DNA of 64,000 nt from an uncultured Ignavibacteriaceae bacterium (GCA_964639355.1 CAZXCP010000005.1:4286-68285), one strand, 5' to 3'. Numbered from the stretch's first letter, positions 9,430-18,434 are shown. Notes: generated by a model from the sequence alone, not told the origin. Translations and numbers: made by a program.

Positions 9430-11454
9430 ATGAAAAAATTATTACTTGCATTGTTCTTTCTGGCATTAGCAAGTCAAGTATCCTTTGCTCAAACAGTAAC
9501 TCTAACAACTTACGGGGTTTCTCCTTTTGATGTTACAAGGGATTCGGTTGAGCAATATTTCGACAGAACTTACAATGGGCTTACAAATGTTGGAAAGGAA
9601 ACAAAAGTATTTCTGCAGGGGAAATCCAATGCAGCTTTACAAAATCCAACCTGGACTCTTACTGAAAAGCCGACTGGTTCTAATGCAGTTTTCGGCTCAT
9701 CAAAAAATGTAGATTCTTTGACTCAATTAATTACCTTTATTCCAGATCTTACCGGCACTTATAAAATTACTTTCCAATCTGGAACAGCATCTGCAACTAT
9801 TACACTGAATTCAGCATTATTCCTAGGTGTAGAAGGCGGAGCACCGTTACCCACTTGCAAAACTTGCCATAACAATTCATTATTTAATTTTGTTTATGAT
9901 AAATGGGCACAGACCAATCATGCAAAAACCTTACAGAAAGGTTTCGCTGGTCAGTTAGGAAGTTATTTCAATAGTAATTGTCTTAGATGTCATTCGACTG
10001 GTTTTGATGCTAACGCCGATAATAATGGATTTGATGATTTTCCATTTGTATTTCCGACTTCATTCGGGCCCGGAGTTTATGATCAAATGGTCTCACAATA
10101 TCCCGATGCTATGGCAAGAGCTAATGTACAGTGTGAAAGCTGCCATGGACCCGGAAGTGATCATTTCAGCCAGATGAATGATTCGAAAATTGTTACAACA
10201 ATAGCATCTGAAAACTGTATGGTTTGCCATGAAGATGGCAATCATCATATTGAACCTCTTCAGTGGGATGTCTCCGCACATGGAACCGGAAGTAATTTCT
10301 TCGCCGGCTCTAATAGGTGGGGATGTACAGCTTGTCACAATGGCCAGGGCTTTATTGATAAGACTAAAGGTAAAGCTCAAAGTGTAACAACGGTTTATCG
10401 AATAACCTGTGCAACTTGTCACGATCCTCATGATGCAACTAATCCGAATCAGTTAAGAACAATCTCTGCTACTTTGCTTACCGGTGCTCAGTTTGAAGGT
10501 GGTAAAGGTTCCTTGTGTGTTCAGTGCCACCAGGCAAGAAGAGTAGCAACAACTTATGTTCAAAATTACCTTTCAAGTTTAAGTGCAAATTACGGTCCGC
10601 ATTACAGCCAGCAGGGTGATATGCTGATGGCGACAAACGCTTATACCTGGGGTGAATCGTTACCAACTTCTCCTCATCTTCAAGCTACTAGTAATTCCTG
10701 CGTTGATTGCCATATGCATGTCGGAGATCATTTGTTAGGTAGTTTACCATTAAGCGGCGGACACTCATTTGCAATGAGTACTCCATCCGGAGAAGATAAT
10801 GTTGCCAGTTGTGCAGGAGCAGGTTGTCACGGAGATATTGGAAGCTCATTCAGTGAAAAGAAATTTTACATAAATGGCAATGCTGATCTTGATAGAAACG
10901 GTGTTGCTGAAGGACTGCAGGATGAGATTCACGGTTTAATTGATCAATTGGCTATGTTATTACCTCCGATTGGTCAGCCAACGGTTGGAGTTATTGACTC
11001 TACCTGGACATTAGACCAGGCAGCAGGACAATACAACTATAAATTCATCAAGTATGACGGCAGCTACGGTATTCATAATCCGCAATACACTGTCGGATTG
11101 CTTTATCTTACAATCGGCAAACTTGGTGGTATTGTAAACATCGATGATTTCAATGTTGATATACCTTCAAGCTTTACACTTGATCAGAATTATCCAAATC
11201 CTTTTAATCCTGCTACAACGATCAAATATTCATTGCCGTTCGAAAGCAATGTTAAAATAAATGTCTATAGCATAAACGGTGAATTAATAAAAGAGTTGGT
11301 TAATGGTAATAATTATGCGGGATCACATCAGATTACCTTTAATACTTCTGATCTGAATCTTGCATCAGGTGTATATTTCTATACAATAAATGCTGCTTCG
11401 ATTGATGGTTCAAAATCGTTCCAGCAGACAAAGAAGATGGTATTAATTAAATAA
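9430..11454 (+). CDS. Multiheme c-type cytochrome with T9SS sorting domain
   Basis: Signal peptide, then eight CXXCH motifs (CKTCH, CLRCH, CESCH, CMVCH, CTACH, CATCH, CVQCH, CVDCH) plus one CX4CH (CAGAGCH). C-terminal T9SS CTD (LDQNYPNPFNPATTIKYSLP...SGVYFYTI...TKKMVLIK). Confidence 0.88.
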   Translation: MKKLLLALFFLALASQVSFAQTVTLTTYGVSPFDVTRDSVEQYFDRTYNGLTNVGKETKVFLQGKSNAALQNPTWTLTEKPTGSNAVFGSSKNVDSLTQLITFIPDLTGTYKITFQSGTASATITLNSALFLGVEGGAPLPTCKTCHNNSLFNFVYDKWAQTNHAKTLQKGFAGQLGSYFNSNCLRCHSTGFDANADNNGFDDFPFVFPTSFGPGVYDQMVSQYPDAMARANVQCESCHGPGSDHFSQMNDSKIVTTIASENCMVCHEDGNHHIEPLQWDVSAHGTGSNFFAGSNRWGCTACHNGQGFIDKTKGKAQSVTTVYRITCATCHDPHDATNPNQLRTISATLLTGAQFEGGKGSLCVQCHQARRVATTYVQNYLSSLSANYGPHYSQQGDMLMATNAYTWGESLPTSPHLQATSNSCVDCHMHVGDHLLGSLPLSGGHSFAMSTPSGEDNVASCAGAGCHGDIGSSFSEKKFYINGNADLDRNGVAEGLQDEIHGLIDQLAMLLPPIGQPTVGVIDSTWTLDQAAGQYNYKFIKYDGSYGIHNPQYTVGLLYLTIGKLGGIVNIDDFNVDIPSSFTLDQNYPNPFNPATTIKYSLPFESNVKINVYSINGELIKELVNGNNYAGSHQITFNTSDLNLASGVYFYTINAASIDGSKSFQQTKKMVLIK

Positions 11455-11480
11455 TACCTGTACTTCCGGATTATCCATTA

Positions 11481-11510
11481 AGCCCTGCTTTTACAAGCGG
11501 GGCTTTTTTA
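11481..11510 (+). terminator. Rho-independent terminator of cytochrome gene
   Basis: AGCCCTGC-TTTTACAA-GCGGGGCT hairpin followed by TTTTTT. Confidence 0.7.
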
Positions 11511-11516
11511 TTATAA

Positions 11517-11545
11517 TAAAAAAACCCGATTCAAGTGAACCGGGT
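11517..11545 (-). terminator. Rho-independent terminator of mdh
   Basis: On the minus strand, ACCCGGTTC-ACTT-GAATCGGGT followed by TTTTTTT, about 30 nt after the mdh stop. Confidence 0.65.
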
Positions 11546-11577
11546 TTATAAAATCGATCTAAAAATTTGTTTTGATA

Positions 11578-12543
11578 TTAAAATCCTAATCTTTCCATAT
11601 CTGCGACCAGATCTTTAACTGCCTTTACTGAGTTATCGAGCAATGCCTGTTCTTCTGAATTCAGTTCAAACTCAATTATTTTTTCAACTCCGTTTGAACC
11701 AAGCACCGCGGGAACACCCACGTAATATCCGTTAATTCCGAATTCACCATTCAGATAGGCGCATACAGGAAGGACTCGCTTTTCATCAAAAATAATAGAT
11801 TCAGTCATTGCAATTGCTGAAGAAGCGGGTGAATAGAATGCCGAACCTGTTTTCAATAACTTGACTACTTCACCGCCAGCCATCTTGGTTCGCTCAACCA
11901 TTGCTTTCATAACTTCAGCAGCTTTAGCTTTATCATTATATTTTTTCTCCAGTAATTCCATTACAGGAATTCCATTCACATTAGCATAACGCACAATGGG
12001 TACCATTGTATCACCATGACCGCCAAGTACCATTGCATTAACATCTTTTACTGATACACCTAGTTCCCAGGCTATGAAGGTTGAGAATCGGGAAGAATCC
12101 AGCACACCAGCCTGACCCATAACTCTGCTTTCCGGAAACTCAGTAATTTTTTTGAAGAGAGTTACCATAGCATCCAGTGGATTAGATATTATGATAACGA
12201 TTGAATCCGGAGCAAACTTTTTAACATTCTCTGCTACCGTTTGCATAATTTTTGCATTGGTTACAAGAAGATCATCGCGGCTCATTCCGGGTTTTCTCGG
12301 AAGACCGGCTGTGATGATTACAATATCGGAGCCTTCAATATCCTTGTAATCATTTGTTCCGTTAACGTGAACATCGAAGCCGTCTACCCTTGCCGCTTCT
12401 GCTATATCAAGAGTTTTTCCTTGTGGCATATCTTCGACGATATCGAAAAGAACCACATCACCTAGTTGACGTAAGGCTATCAGCTGTGCGAGTACACCGC
12501 CTATCTGTCCACCACCGATCAGAGCAATTTTTTTTCTTCCCAT
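11578..12543 (-). CDS. mdh: Malate dehydrogenase (LDH-like type)
   Basis: Rossmann motif [11 protein letters not shown]. Also [16 protein letters not shown] and GGHGDTMVP blocks. Length is 321 aa. Confidence 0.95.
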   Translation of the reverse strand: MGRKKIALIGGGQIGGVLAQLIALRQLGDVVLFDIVEDMPQGKTLDIAEAARVDGFDVHVNGTNDYKDIEGSDIVIITAGLPRKPGMSRDDLLVTNAKIMQTVAENVKKFAPDSIVIIISNPLDAMVTLFKKITEFPESRVMGQAGVLDSSRFSTFIAWELGVSVKDVNAMVLGGHGDTMVPIVRYANVNGIPVMELLEKKYNDKAKAAEVMKAMVERTKMAGGEVVKLLKTGSAFYSPASSAIAMTESIIFDEKRVLPVCAYLNGEFGINGYYVGVPAVLGSNGVEKIIEFELNSEEQALLDNSVKAVKDLVADMERLGF

Positions 12544-12675
12544 TGTAAATTCTCCTCTGTTAATATTTTTAATTGTTGCTGTTAAAAATAATTAGTATTA
12601 ATGGTATATCAAATAATAAAGAGAAGACGGGGATAGGATTTATTGACTAAATACTAAAGTTTTCAACATGAAAAA

Positions 12676-13101
12676 TCAAATATTTAATTTAAGAATTGTT
12701 TCAGTACCGGCTGGAGTTTGATTATAGTAAAGCTCGTCCATATATACTCTCATTAGGTAGAGTCCTCTCCCGGAATCTTTCAGTAAATTGTCAGGGTGTG
12801 TTGGATCAGGTACACGGCTCGGATCAAAACCACCACCCTGATCACGTACTATAATGGTAAGCGAATGTTCATTTGCACTAACATTTATGGTCACGCTTTT
12901 AGATTTATCTCCTTTATTACCGTGAATGATAGCATTAGTGGTTGCTTCGGTTACTGATAACAACAAACCATTAATCTTATCTTCGTCTAACCCTAAATCT
13001 TTTGAAAAATAGTTAACAAATTCTTCAACAGTAATGAGGTTATTCGGATCGCTATCGATTTCCAAAGAGTAAGTTTTATTTTCCGGCACGTAACTTTTCA
13101 A
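12676..13101 (-). CDS. RsbW/SpoIIAB-type anti-sigma-factor serine kinase (HATPase_c only)
   Basis: 141 aa with N-box EATTNAIIHGN and G-boxes DQGGGF and GRGLYLM. Confidence 0.75.
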   Translation of the reverse strand: MKSYVPENKTYSLEIDSDPNNLITVEEFVNYFSKDLGLDEDKINGLLLSVTEATTNAIIHGNKGDKSKSVTINVSANEHSLTIIVRDQGGGFDPSRVPDPTHPDNLLKDSGRGLYLMRVYMDELYYNQTPAGTETILKLNI

Positions 13102-13128
13102 TTGTTGTCGGAAAAATATTCTTTAATT

Positions 13129-15066
13129 CTAAAATTTCCAATTAACTTCCATTATTAAATTTGCCTGTTGTCGTTCAATATTGCCAGACGATCTTATAAA
13201 CTCGTAGAAACCATTCATATTTATATTTAGTCGATTCCACAAATTCATATTTATCACCACTATCGGGCCAAAACTTGAGTACTCTGTATCCGGAATTCTT
13301 GTTAGTTTCTCAAAGTTGTATGTATTAAGTGAAAAATACCTTAGTCCTGCCGACAAAGAAGATCGTTCTAAATGTAGAATTACTCTAGGTTCGGCATAAA
13401 TTTCCTGAATAAATCTAGTGGGTCTCGAAGTAAAACTGTTCCACCTGAAGTCACCTTGTTCGGATAGTTTGACTGATCCATATGCAAACAGGGAAATTCT
13501 GTCTGTAAGTCGGATTGTGGTTGAATCCAGTGCGGTCATCTGCCTGAACGAAAAACTCTGAAAATTAGATGACAAATCTTCAAAATCATAAACCGTATAA
13601 TTTGCCGAAACTTCAAAACTGTTATACGATGACAGACTTCTTCCCCTGTAATCTCCTCCGGCTTTCAGCCTTATAATCCGGTTAACATTATTATTTGAAC
13701 TTCTGCCTGCAAAAATATATACAATATGGGCGTATGTTCCTTCTGCACTAACAAATGCTTCGAAATAAGGATTGAGAAGTTTAGTGTACCGTAATCTTAA
13801 AATTGAAAGTATTTCATCGCGGTCATCATCATTCTGGTCGCTTGGAGTATCATATTTAAGTTTACTCTGAAAAAAGCTTAATGTGATTTTCTCCTTTTCC
13901 GATATTTTAAGATCTCCAAAAAAAGTAAGAGCCATTCTGCCGGAGTTATTATTTTTCTGACTTTCGATTTCCGCACGCTGATCAAATAAACTTTGCTCTG
14001 TACCTTCAAGCGGTTTGGTAATGTTTTTTTCATCCCTTTCAGAGAATAAGAATCTCAGATGTCCATCAAATAATTGCGAGGAATATCTGACAAGTGTTTC
14101 AAGCTCTAATTTTAATTCCTCGATTCTGGTATCGAATACAGAAGTACTAATTACGTCTGTGTTTTTAAACCTTGTATCCCTATCAACACTTCTCATACTT
14201 ACCATACCAGCAAGACTCATTGAAAATACATTAAAAATTTTGTCATACATAAGTCGGTCCTGCAGGGAATAAATCGACTCCGTACGGCTCTGGATATTAT
14301 TTAAAATATCGAACTTCTGCCGTGTTTGGGAATCGGTTTGAAAATAGAAATCCTTTCTACTCTGACTGTAAAGGAAATTGATGGTATTGGAGACATTAAC
14401 ATCGAAGTAGTTTGCTGCAGAAAGCTGAATATACCTGTTAAGATTTCTTCGGGGCATTATATCTTCATTTCTTAATCGCATTTCTGAGTTGAATCGGAAA
14501 TCAGAGATCAACAAATTGTTTATTATTCCCTCTAAGCCATAGACCAGTCCATTGTCAATTTCGCCTATCTGGCTATTTCTTGAATAGCCTGCAAAAGGGT
14601 TAAACAGAATATTCCTCATCGGTTCGATCTCACTGAAAACAGTTACAAACGACACAGAAGCCTGATTGATTTCCAGCGTCCGGTTATCAGACAAAACCGT
14701 ACTTCCGCCCAGTAATCCGATTTTAAAAATTGGTGAAGATTTGTATAAAGATTTAATTGTTAAATGTTGCTCATCTCTGGTGCTGCTTTGTGGTAGTCTG
14801 ATATGAGTGGATTTAAAATTTTCATCAACCAATACGTCAATGTCTTCTGAATCGAGAATCAACCTTAATCTGGAACTAAGGTAGAACGTATTGAGCTGCT
14901 TGTCAAATCTTGAGTATAAAATGTTTTGTTTTAATGATGGGCCAAGATATTCCAGACTGTCTACACGAACCTGTGCTGCTGCGGTTTGTAAAAGACAAAA
15001 ACAAATTACAATTATAACTTTTTGATTAAAAAGCAGGTTTTTTATTTTATTGCTGTTGCAGATCAA
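13129..15066 (-). CDS. Hypothetical outer-membrane beta-barrel protein
   Basis: Signal peptide ending AAAQ. Long beta-rich sequence with aromatic C-terminus (...EVNWKF). No named family recognised. Confidence 0.5.
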   Translation of the reverse strand: MICNSNKIKNLLFNQKVIIVICFCLLQTAAAQVRVDSLEYLGPSLKQNILYSRFDKQLNTFYLSSRLRLILDSEDIDVLVDENFKSTHIRLPQSSTRDEQHLTIKSLYKSSPIFKIGLLGGSTVLSDNRTLEINQASVSFVTVFSEIEPMRNILFNPFAGYSRNSQIGEIDNGLVYGLEGIINNLLISDFRFNSEMRLRNEDIMPRRNLNRYIQLSAANYFDVNVSNTINFLYSQSRKDFYFQTDSQTRQKFDILNNIQSRTESIYSLQDRLMYDKIFNVFSMSLAGMVSMRSVDRDTRFKNTDVISTSVFDTRIEELKLELETLVRYSSQLFDGHLRFLFSERDEKNITKPLEGTEQSLFDQRAEIESQKNNNSGRMALTFFGDLKISEKEKITLSFFQSKLKYDTPSDQNDDDRDEILSILRLRYTKLLNPYFEAFVSAEGTYAHIVYIFAGRSSNNNVNRIIRLKAGGDYRGRSLSSYNSFEVSANYTVYDFEDLSSNFQSFSFRQMTALDSTTIRLTDRISLFAYGSVKLSEQGDFRWNSFTSRPTRFIQEIYAEPRVILHLERSSLSAGLRYFSLNTYNFEKLTRIPDTEYSSFGPIVVINMNLWNRLNINMNGFYEFIRSSGNIERQQANLIMEVNWKF

Positions 15067-15070
15067 AAGT

Positions 15071-15095
15071 TTATCTTTTAATTGTTAAAAGATAA
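15071..15095. promoter_or_regulatory. Perfect 11-3-11 palindrome in divergent promoter region
   Basis: TTATCTTTTAA-TTG-TTAAAAGATAA lies between the start of 13129..15066 (minus strand) and nuoA (plus strand). Confidence 0.3.
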
Positions 15096-15196
15096 AGAGT
15101 AAACGAATCAGTAAAAAGTGGTTTTTAGCGATACAAAAAGCGGTCGTAACAGTCGTATTGTCCTTCAGACGAATCAATTTCACCCCGGTATTTAAA

Positions 15197-15225
15197 TTGA
15201 CAATCAGTTCAAATTTGGATAACTT
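15197..15225 (+). promoter_or_regulatory. Sigma-70-like promoter candidate for the nuo operon
   Basis: TTGACA, 17-nt spacer, TAACTT, about 30 nt upstream of the nuoA ATG. Pattern match only. Confidence 0.3.
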
Positions 15226-15253
15226 TACTGTCAAAATTTAACAAATATCAACT

Positions 15254-15622
15254 ATGATTGAACAATATATACCCATATTTATAGTATTTGCCATTGCTTT
15301 GGTAATTGCCCTTGCAATGGTTGGATCTTCAACAATTTTTGGTCCTCAACGACCGAACCCCAGAAAACTATCTACTTATGAGAGTGGAATGAAACCGGTG
15401 GGAAGCACAAGTGAAAGAATGTCGGTTAAATATTATCTCGTTGCTATGTTTTTCATAATATTTGATCTGGAAGTAATTTTTATATATCCCTGGGCTGTAG
15501 AATTTAAAAGACTTTATGGTGAAATTGGAATTCCTGTTTTCATATCGATGTTTATATTTTTGGTTGTTTTAGAATTAGGATATTTATATGCATATAAGAA
15601 AGGTGGTTTCAGATGGGATTAG
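15254..15622 (+). CDS. nuoA: NADH-quinone oxidoreductase subunit A
   Basis: 122 aa with three hydrophobic segments. [23 protein letters not shown] motif. First gene of the nuo cluster. Confidence 0.9.
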   Translation: MIEQYIPIFIVFAIALVIALAMVGSSTIFGPQRPNPRKLSTYESGMKPVGSTSERMSVKYYLVAMFFIIFDLEVIFIYPWAVEFKRLYGEIGIPVFISMFIFLVVLELGYLYAYKKGGFRWD

Positions 15623-16134
15623 AAGCAAAGCTTAAACAGGATGGTTTCTTTACTACCAGGCTGGATGCAATTATCGGTTGGGCACGTGAGAGTTCTGTAT
15701 GGCCCATGCCGATGGGAATTTCCTGTTGTGCAATAGAGATGATGGCAGCAGCTGATCCGAAATATGATATAGCGAGATTTGGATCTGAGGTAATGAGATT
15801 TACTCCCCGCCAGTGTGATTTGATGATCGTAGCTGGCACTGTAACTTATAAAATGTCACATGTCGTCAGAATGATATATGATCAAATGCCCGATCCAAAA
15901 TGGGTTATTGCAATGGGCGCCTGCACTTCGACCGGTGGTATGTACAGATCATATTCTGTGGTACAGGGAATTGACCAGTTTTTACCTGTGGATATCTATC
16001 TGGCCGGATGTCCTCCAAGACCGGACAATCTCTTAAATGCATTAATCCAGATCCAGAATAAAATTGGCAGAACAAAAGCAAGAGATTTCCAGGATTTGAA
16101 GCTCCCTGAACTTAACGTAATTCAGAATAATTAG
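15613..16134 (+). CDS. nuoB: NADH-quinone oxidoreductase subunit B
   Basis: N2-cluster cysteines in [16 protein letters not shown] and GCPPRP. Overlaps the nuoA end. Confidence 0.95.
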   Translation: MGLEAKLKQDGFFTTRLDAIIGWARESSVWPMPMGISCCAIEMMAAADPKYDIARFGSEVMRFTPRQCDLMIVAGTVTYKMSHVVRMIYDQMPDPKWVIAMGACTSTGGMYRSYSVVQGIDQFLPVDIYLAGCPPRPDNLLNALIQIQNKIGRTKARDFQDLKLPELNVIQNN

Positions 16135-16135
16135 T

Positions 16136-16624
16136 ATGAATATAAAAGAACTAATCAAATCGAAACTTCACGAAACTTTCAATCATATCAACTTTGAATT
16201 TTCTGAATATAAGGATGAGTTTGTAATTAAATTTGACAAAAAGTTTGTAACCGATGTTTGCACATTTCTCAAAACAACTCCGGAACTTGAGTTCCTTCTT
16301 TGTGAAGACATAACTGCTGTGGATTGGGCAATACGTAAAAACAGATTTACTGTTGTTTATCATATATTTTCTTTTAAAAATAATTTTAGATTAGTACTCA
16401 AAGCAGACGTTGATGAATCAGATTGTAATATTGATTCTGTTAGTTCAGTTTGGAAGGCAGCAAACTGGCAGGAACGTGAAACTTATGATATGTATGGAAT
16501 TAAATTTAATAATCATCCCGATTTAAGAAGAATGTATATGCCTGAAGAATTTGAACATCATCCTTTAAGAAAAGATTTCCCTTTGATGGGCATACCCGGC
16601 TCACTTCCACTACCTAAAAAATAA
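16136..16624 (+). CDS. nuoC: NADH-quinone oxidoreductase subunit C
   Basis: 30-kDa subunit motif ERETYDMYGIKFNNHPDLRRMY. Confidence 0.9.
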   Translation: MNIKELIKSKLHETFNHINFEFSEYKDEFVIKFDKKFVTDVCTFLKTTPELEFLLCEDITAVDWAIRKNRFTVVYHIFSFKNNFRLVLKADVDESDCNIDSVSSVWKAANWQERETYDMYGIKFNNHPDLRRMYMPEEFEHHPLRKDFPLMGIPGSLPLPKK

Positions 16625-16630
16625 TTGAAT

Positions 16631-17881
16631 ATGGAAGCACTAAAAAAAGACGAAGTTAATCCCAAAATTCTCGAAGCACTTTTACGAGATACTGAAATTA
16701 CTATTGAAGATGCACTTGATAATGAGATGATCCTGAATATGGGTCCTCAGCATCCTGCCACTCACGGTGTATTAAGATTACTGTTAAGGTTGGATGGAGA
16801 AACAGTTGTAGGTTGTGTACCAGATCTTGGTTACCTGCACCGAGGCTATGAGAAGATGGCTGAGAACATGTCTTACTATGAATATATCCCTCATACTGAC
16901 AGGCTTGATTATATATCTCCGATGGCAAATAATGTAGCATGGGTACTGGCTGTTGAGAAATTAGCTGGTATTGAAGTACCTATCCGTGCTCAGTATATCA
17001 GAATGATGATTGCTGAACTGGCACGTATTGCCTCTCATCTTGTTGCAATTGGTTCATTCGCTATGGATGTCGGAGCATTGACCGTATTTTTATGGACTCT
17101 GAGAGAACGTGAAAAAATTATGGATATCTGGGATGTTCTCTGCGGTGCACGATTCACCAATAGTTATACACGAATTGGTGGTGTTGCGAATGATGCTCAG
17201 CCGGAAGCTCTTAAATTAGTAAGAGAGTTTATTGATCAGTTTATACCGAATCTTGATGAATGTGAACGACTCCTGAATACAAACAGAATCTTTATCGAGA
17301 GACTTGACGGAATTGGTGTTATATCAAAGGAAGATGCAATTGATCTTGGTTTTACCGGGCCTAATTTGAGAGCCAGCGGGGTTTCTTTTGATCTAAGACG
17401 TGCTACTCCGTACTTGCAGTATGATAAAATCGAATTCGATGTACCTGTTTATTATGAAGGAGATTGTTTAGCAAGATATTTTGTTCGTACTGATGAGGCA
17501 AGACAAAGTACAAACATAATCAACCAGTTACTGGATAAAATGCCTCAGGGTCCCGTTCGAGCGGTTGAACCAAAAAAAGTTTTACCAAATAAAGCTGATG
17601 TTTATTCCAAAATGGAAGAGCTCATTCATGATTTTATGATTGTTAATTTCGGAATAAATCCTCCTGTTGGTGAAATTTATCATGCAATTGAAGCATCGAA
17701 AGGAGAATTAGGATTCTATCTTGTTAGTAAAGGTGAAGGCCACCCCTGGAAATGCAAGATCAGGTCTCCTTCATTTAATAATCTTCAGGCTTTACCAAAA
17801 CTTGTAAAAGGGTATATGGTTTCTGATGTTGTTGCAATTATAGGAAGTATAGATCCAATTATGGGTGAAGCTGATAAGTAG
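16631..17881 (+). CDS. nuoD: NADH-quinone oxidoreductase subunit D
   Basis: 49-kDa subunit motifs NMGPQHPATHGVLRL and RIGGV. The track ORF starts at TTG 16625; the first ATG is at 16631. Confidence 0.95.
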   Translation: MEALKKDEVNPKILEALLRDTEITIEDALDNEMILNMGPQHPATHGVLRLLLRLDGETVVGCVPDLGYLHRGYEKMAENMSYYEYIPHTDRLDYISPMANNVAWVLAVEKLAGIEVPIRAQYIRMMIAELARIASHLVAIGSFAMDVGALTVFLWTLREREKIMDIWDVLCGARFTNSYTRIGGVANDAQPEALKLVREFIDQFIPNLDECERLLNTNRIFIERLDGIGVISKEDAIDLGFTGPNLRASGVSFDLRRATPYLQYDKIEFDVPVYYEGDCLARYFVRTDEARQSTNIINQLLDKMPQGPVRAVEPKKVLPNKADVYSKMEELIHDFMIVNFGINPPVGEIYHAIEASKGELGFYLVSKGEGHPWKCKIRSPSFNNLQALPKLVKGYMVSDVVAIIGSIDPIMGEADK

Positions 17882-17882
17882 A

Positions 17883-17906
17883 TAAGTTTAAGTTCATGTT
17901 CAAGTT
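17883..17906. repeat. Left arm of inverted repeat bracketing the four-helix-bundle gene
   Basis: TAAGTTTAAGTTCATGTTCAAGTT begins 2 nt after the nuoD stop. It is complementary to 18411..18434 at 22 of 24 positions. It contains an internal 11-nt tandem unit (AAGTTCATGTT). Confidence 0.7.
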
Positions 17907-17989
17907 CATGTTTAGGGTTGAAGTTTCCATTGCTGACAGATTCAAATTTGTAATTATAGAATTTTTAAATTTAATAATCATAAAATTAA

Positions 17990-18391
17990 ATGGGTGAAAG
18001 AGTTTTAAATCACGAAAAGTTGTTAGTCTATCAGCATGCACTTCAGTTCATTGAGTTTGTTGATAAAATTTTGTCTCGCGAAAGAGATAAAATAAATGCT
18101 CACTTTCAATTGGATAAAGCTTCAACGTCAATTCCATTGAATATTGCTGAAGGCAGCGGAAAATATACTCCTAAAGATAAAAACAGGTTTTATGATATTG
18201 CACGTGGTTCTGCATCTGAAAGTTCTTCATGTCTAGATGTATTATTCATCAGAAAAAAAATAAACAATGAGGAAAAAGAAGAAGGTAAGGGATTATTAAT
18301 AGATATAGTTTCAATGCTGGTAGGATTAATTAAAAGTAATTCTAACAGGGTTTATGAGGAAAGCGAAAATTATAACTCAGATAAAATCTGA
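17990..18391 (+). CDS. Four-helix-bundle protein (23S rRNA intervening-sequence protein / Avd-like family)
   Basis: LLVYQHALQF...TSIPLNIAEGSGKYTPKDKNRFYDIARGSASES...IVSMLVGLIKS matches the family hallmarks (..IP.NIAEG.G......F..IA.GS..E....). Length is 133 aa. Confidence 0.8.
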   Translation: MGERVLNHEKLLVYQHALQFIEFVDKILSRERDKINAHFQLDKASTSIPLNIAEGSGKYTPKDKNRFYDIARGSASESSSCLDVLFIRKKINNEEKEEGKGLLIDIVSMLVGLIKSNSNRVYEESENYNSDKI

Positions 18392-18410
18392 ATAAATCAA
18401 ATTAAATTCA

Positions 18411-18434
18411 AACTTGAACATGATCTTGAACTTA
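18411..18434. repeat. Right arm of inverted repeat bracketing the four-helix-bundle gene
   Basis: AACTTGAACATGATCTTGAACTTA, the reverse complement of 17883..17906 with two mismatches. It ends 25 nt before the nuoE ATG. Confidence 0.7.

Noticed and set aside
15609-15839. 76-aa ORF antisense to nuoB, and similar short ORFs antisense to or nested in mdh, nuoC/D/E/F, gap, pgk, recQ, yjgR and the cytochrome gene
   Set aside because: All are embedded in confidently identified genes on the other strand or in another frame. They have no motifs. Such ORFs are typical chance products of six-frame translation.
17859-18041. 60-aa minus-strand ORF (…LNMNLNMNLNLS…) across the nuoD end and the inverted-repeat arm
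   Set aside because: The repetitive peptide is simply the translation of the 11-nt tandem unit in the repeat arm. It overlaps nuoD and the four-helix-bundle gene start.
17990-18391. Four-helix-bundle protein as the Avd component of a diversity-generating retroelement
   Set aside because: There is no reverse transcriptase gene and no template/variable repeat pair with adenine-specific differences anywhere in the window. The only long repeat (50555/51866) is perfectly identical and lies within a single gene.
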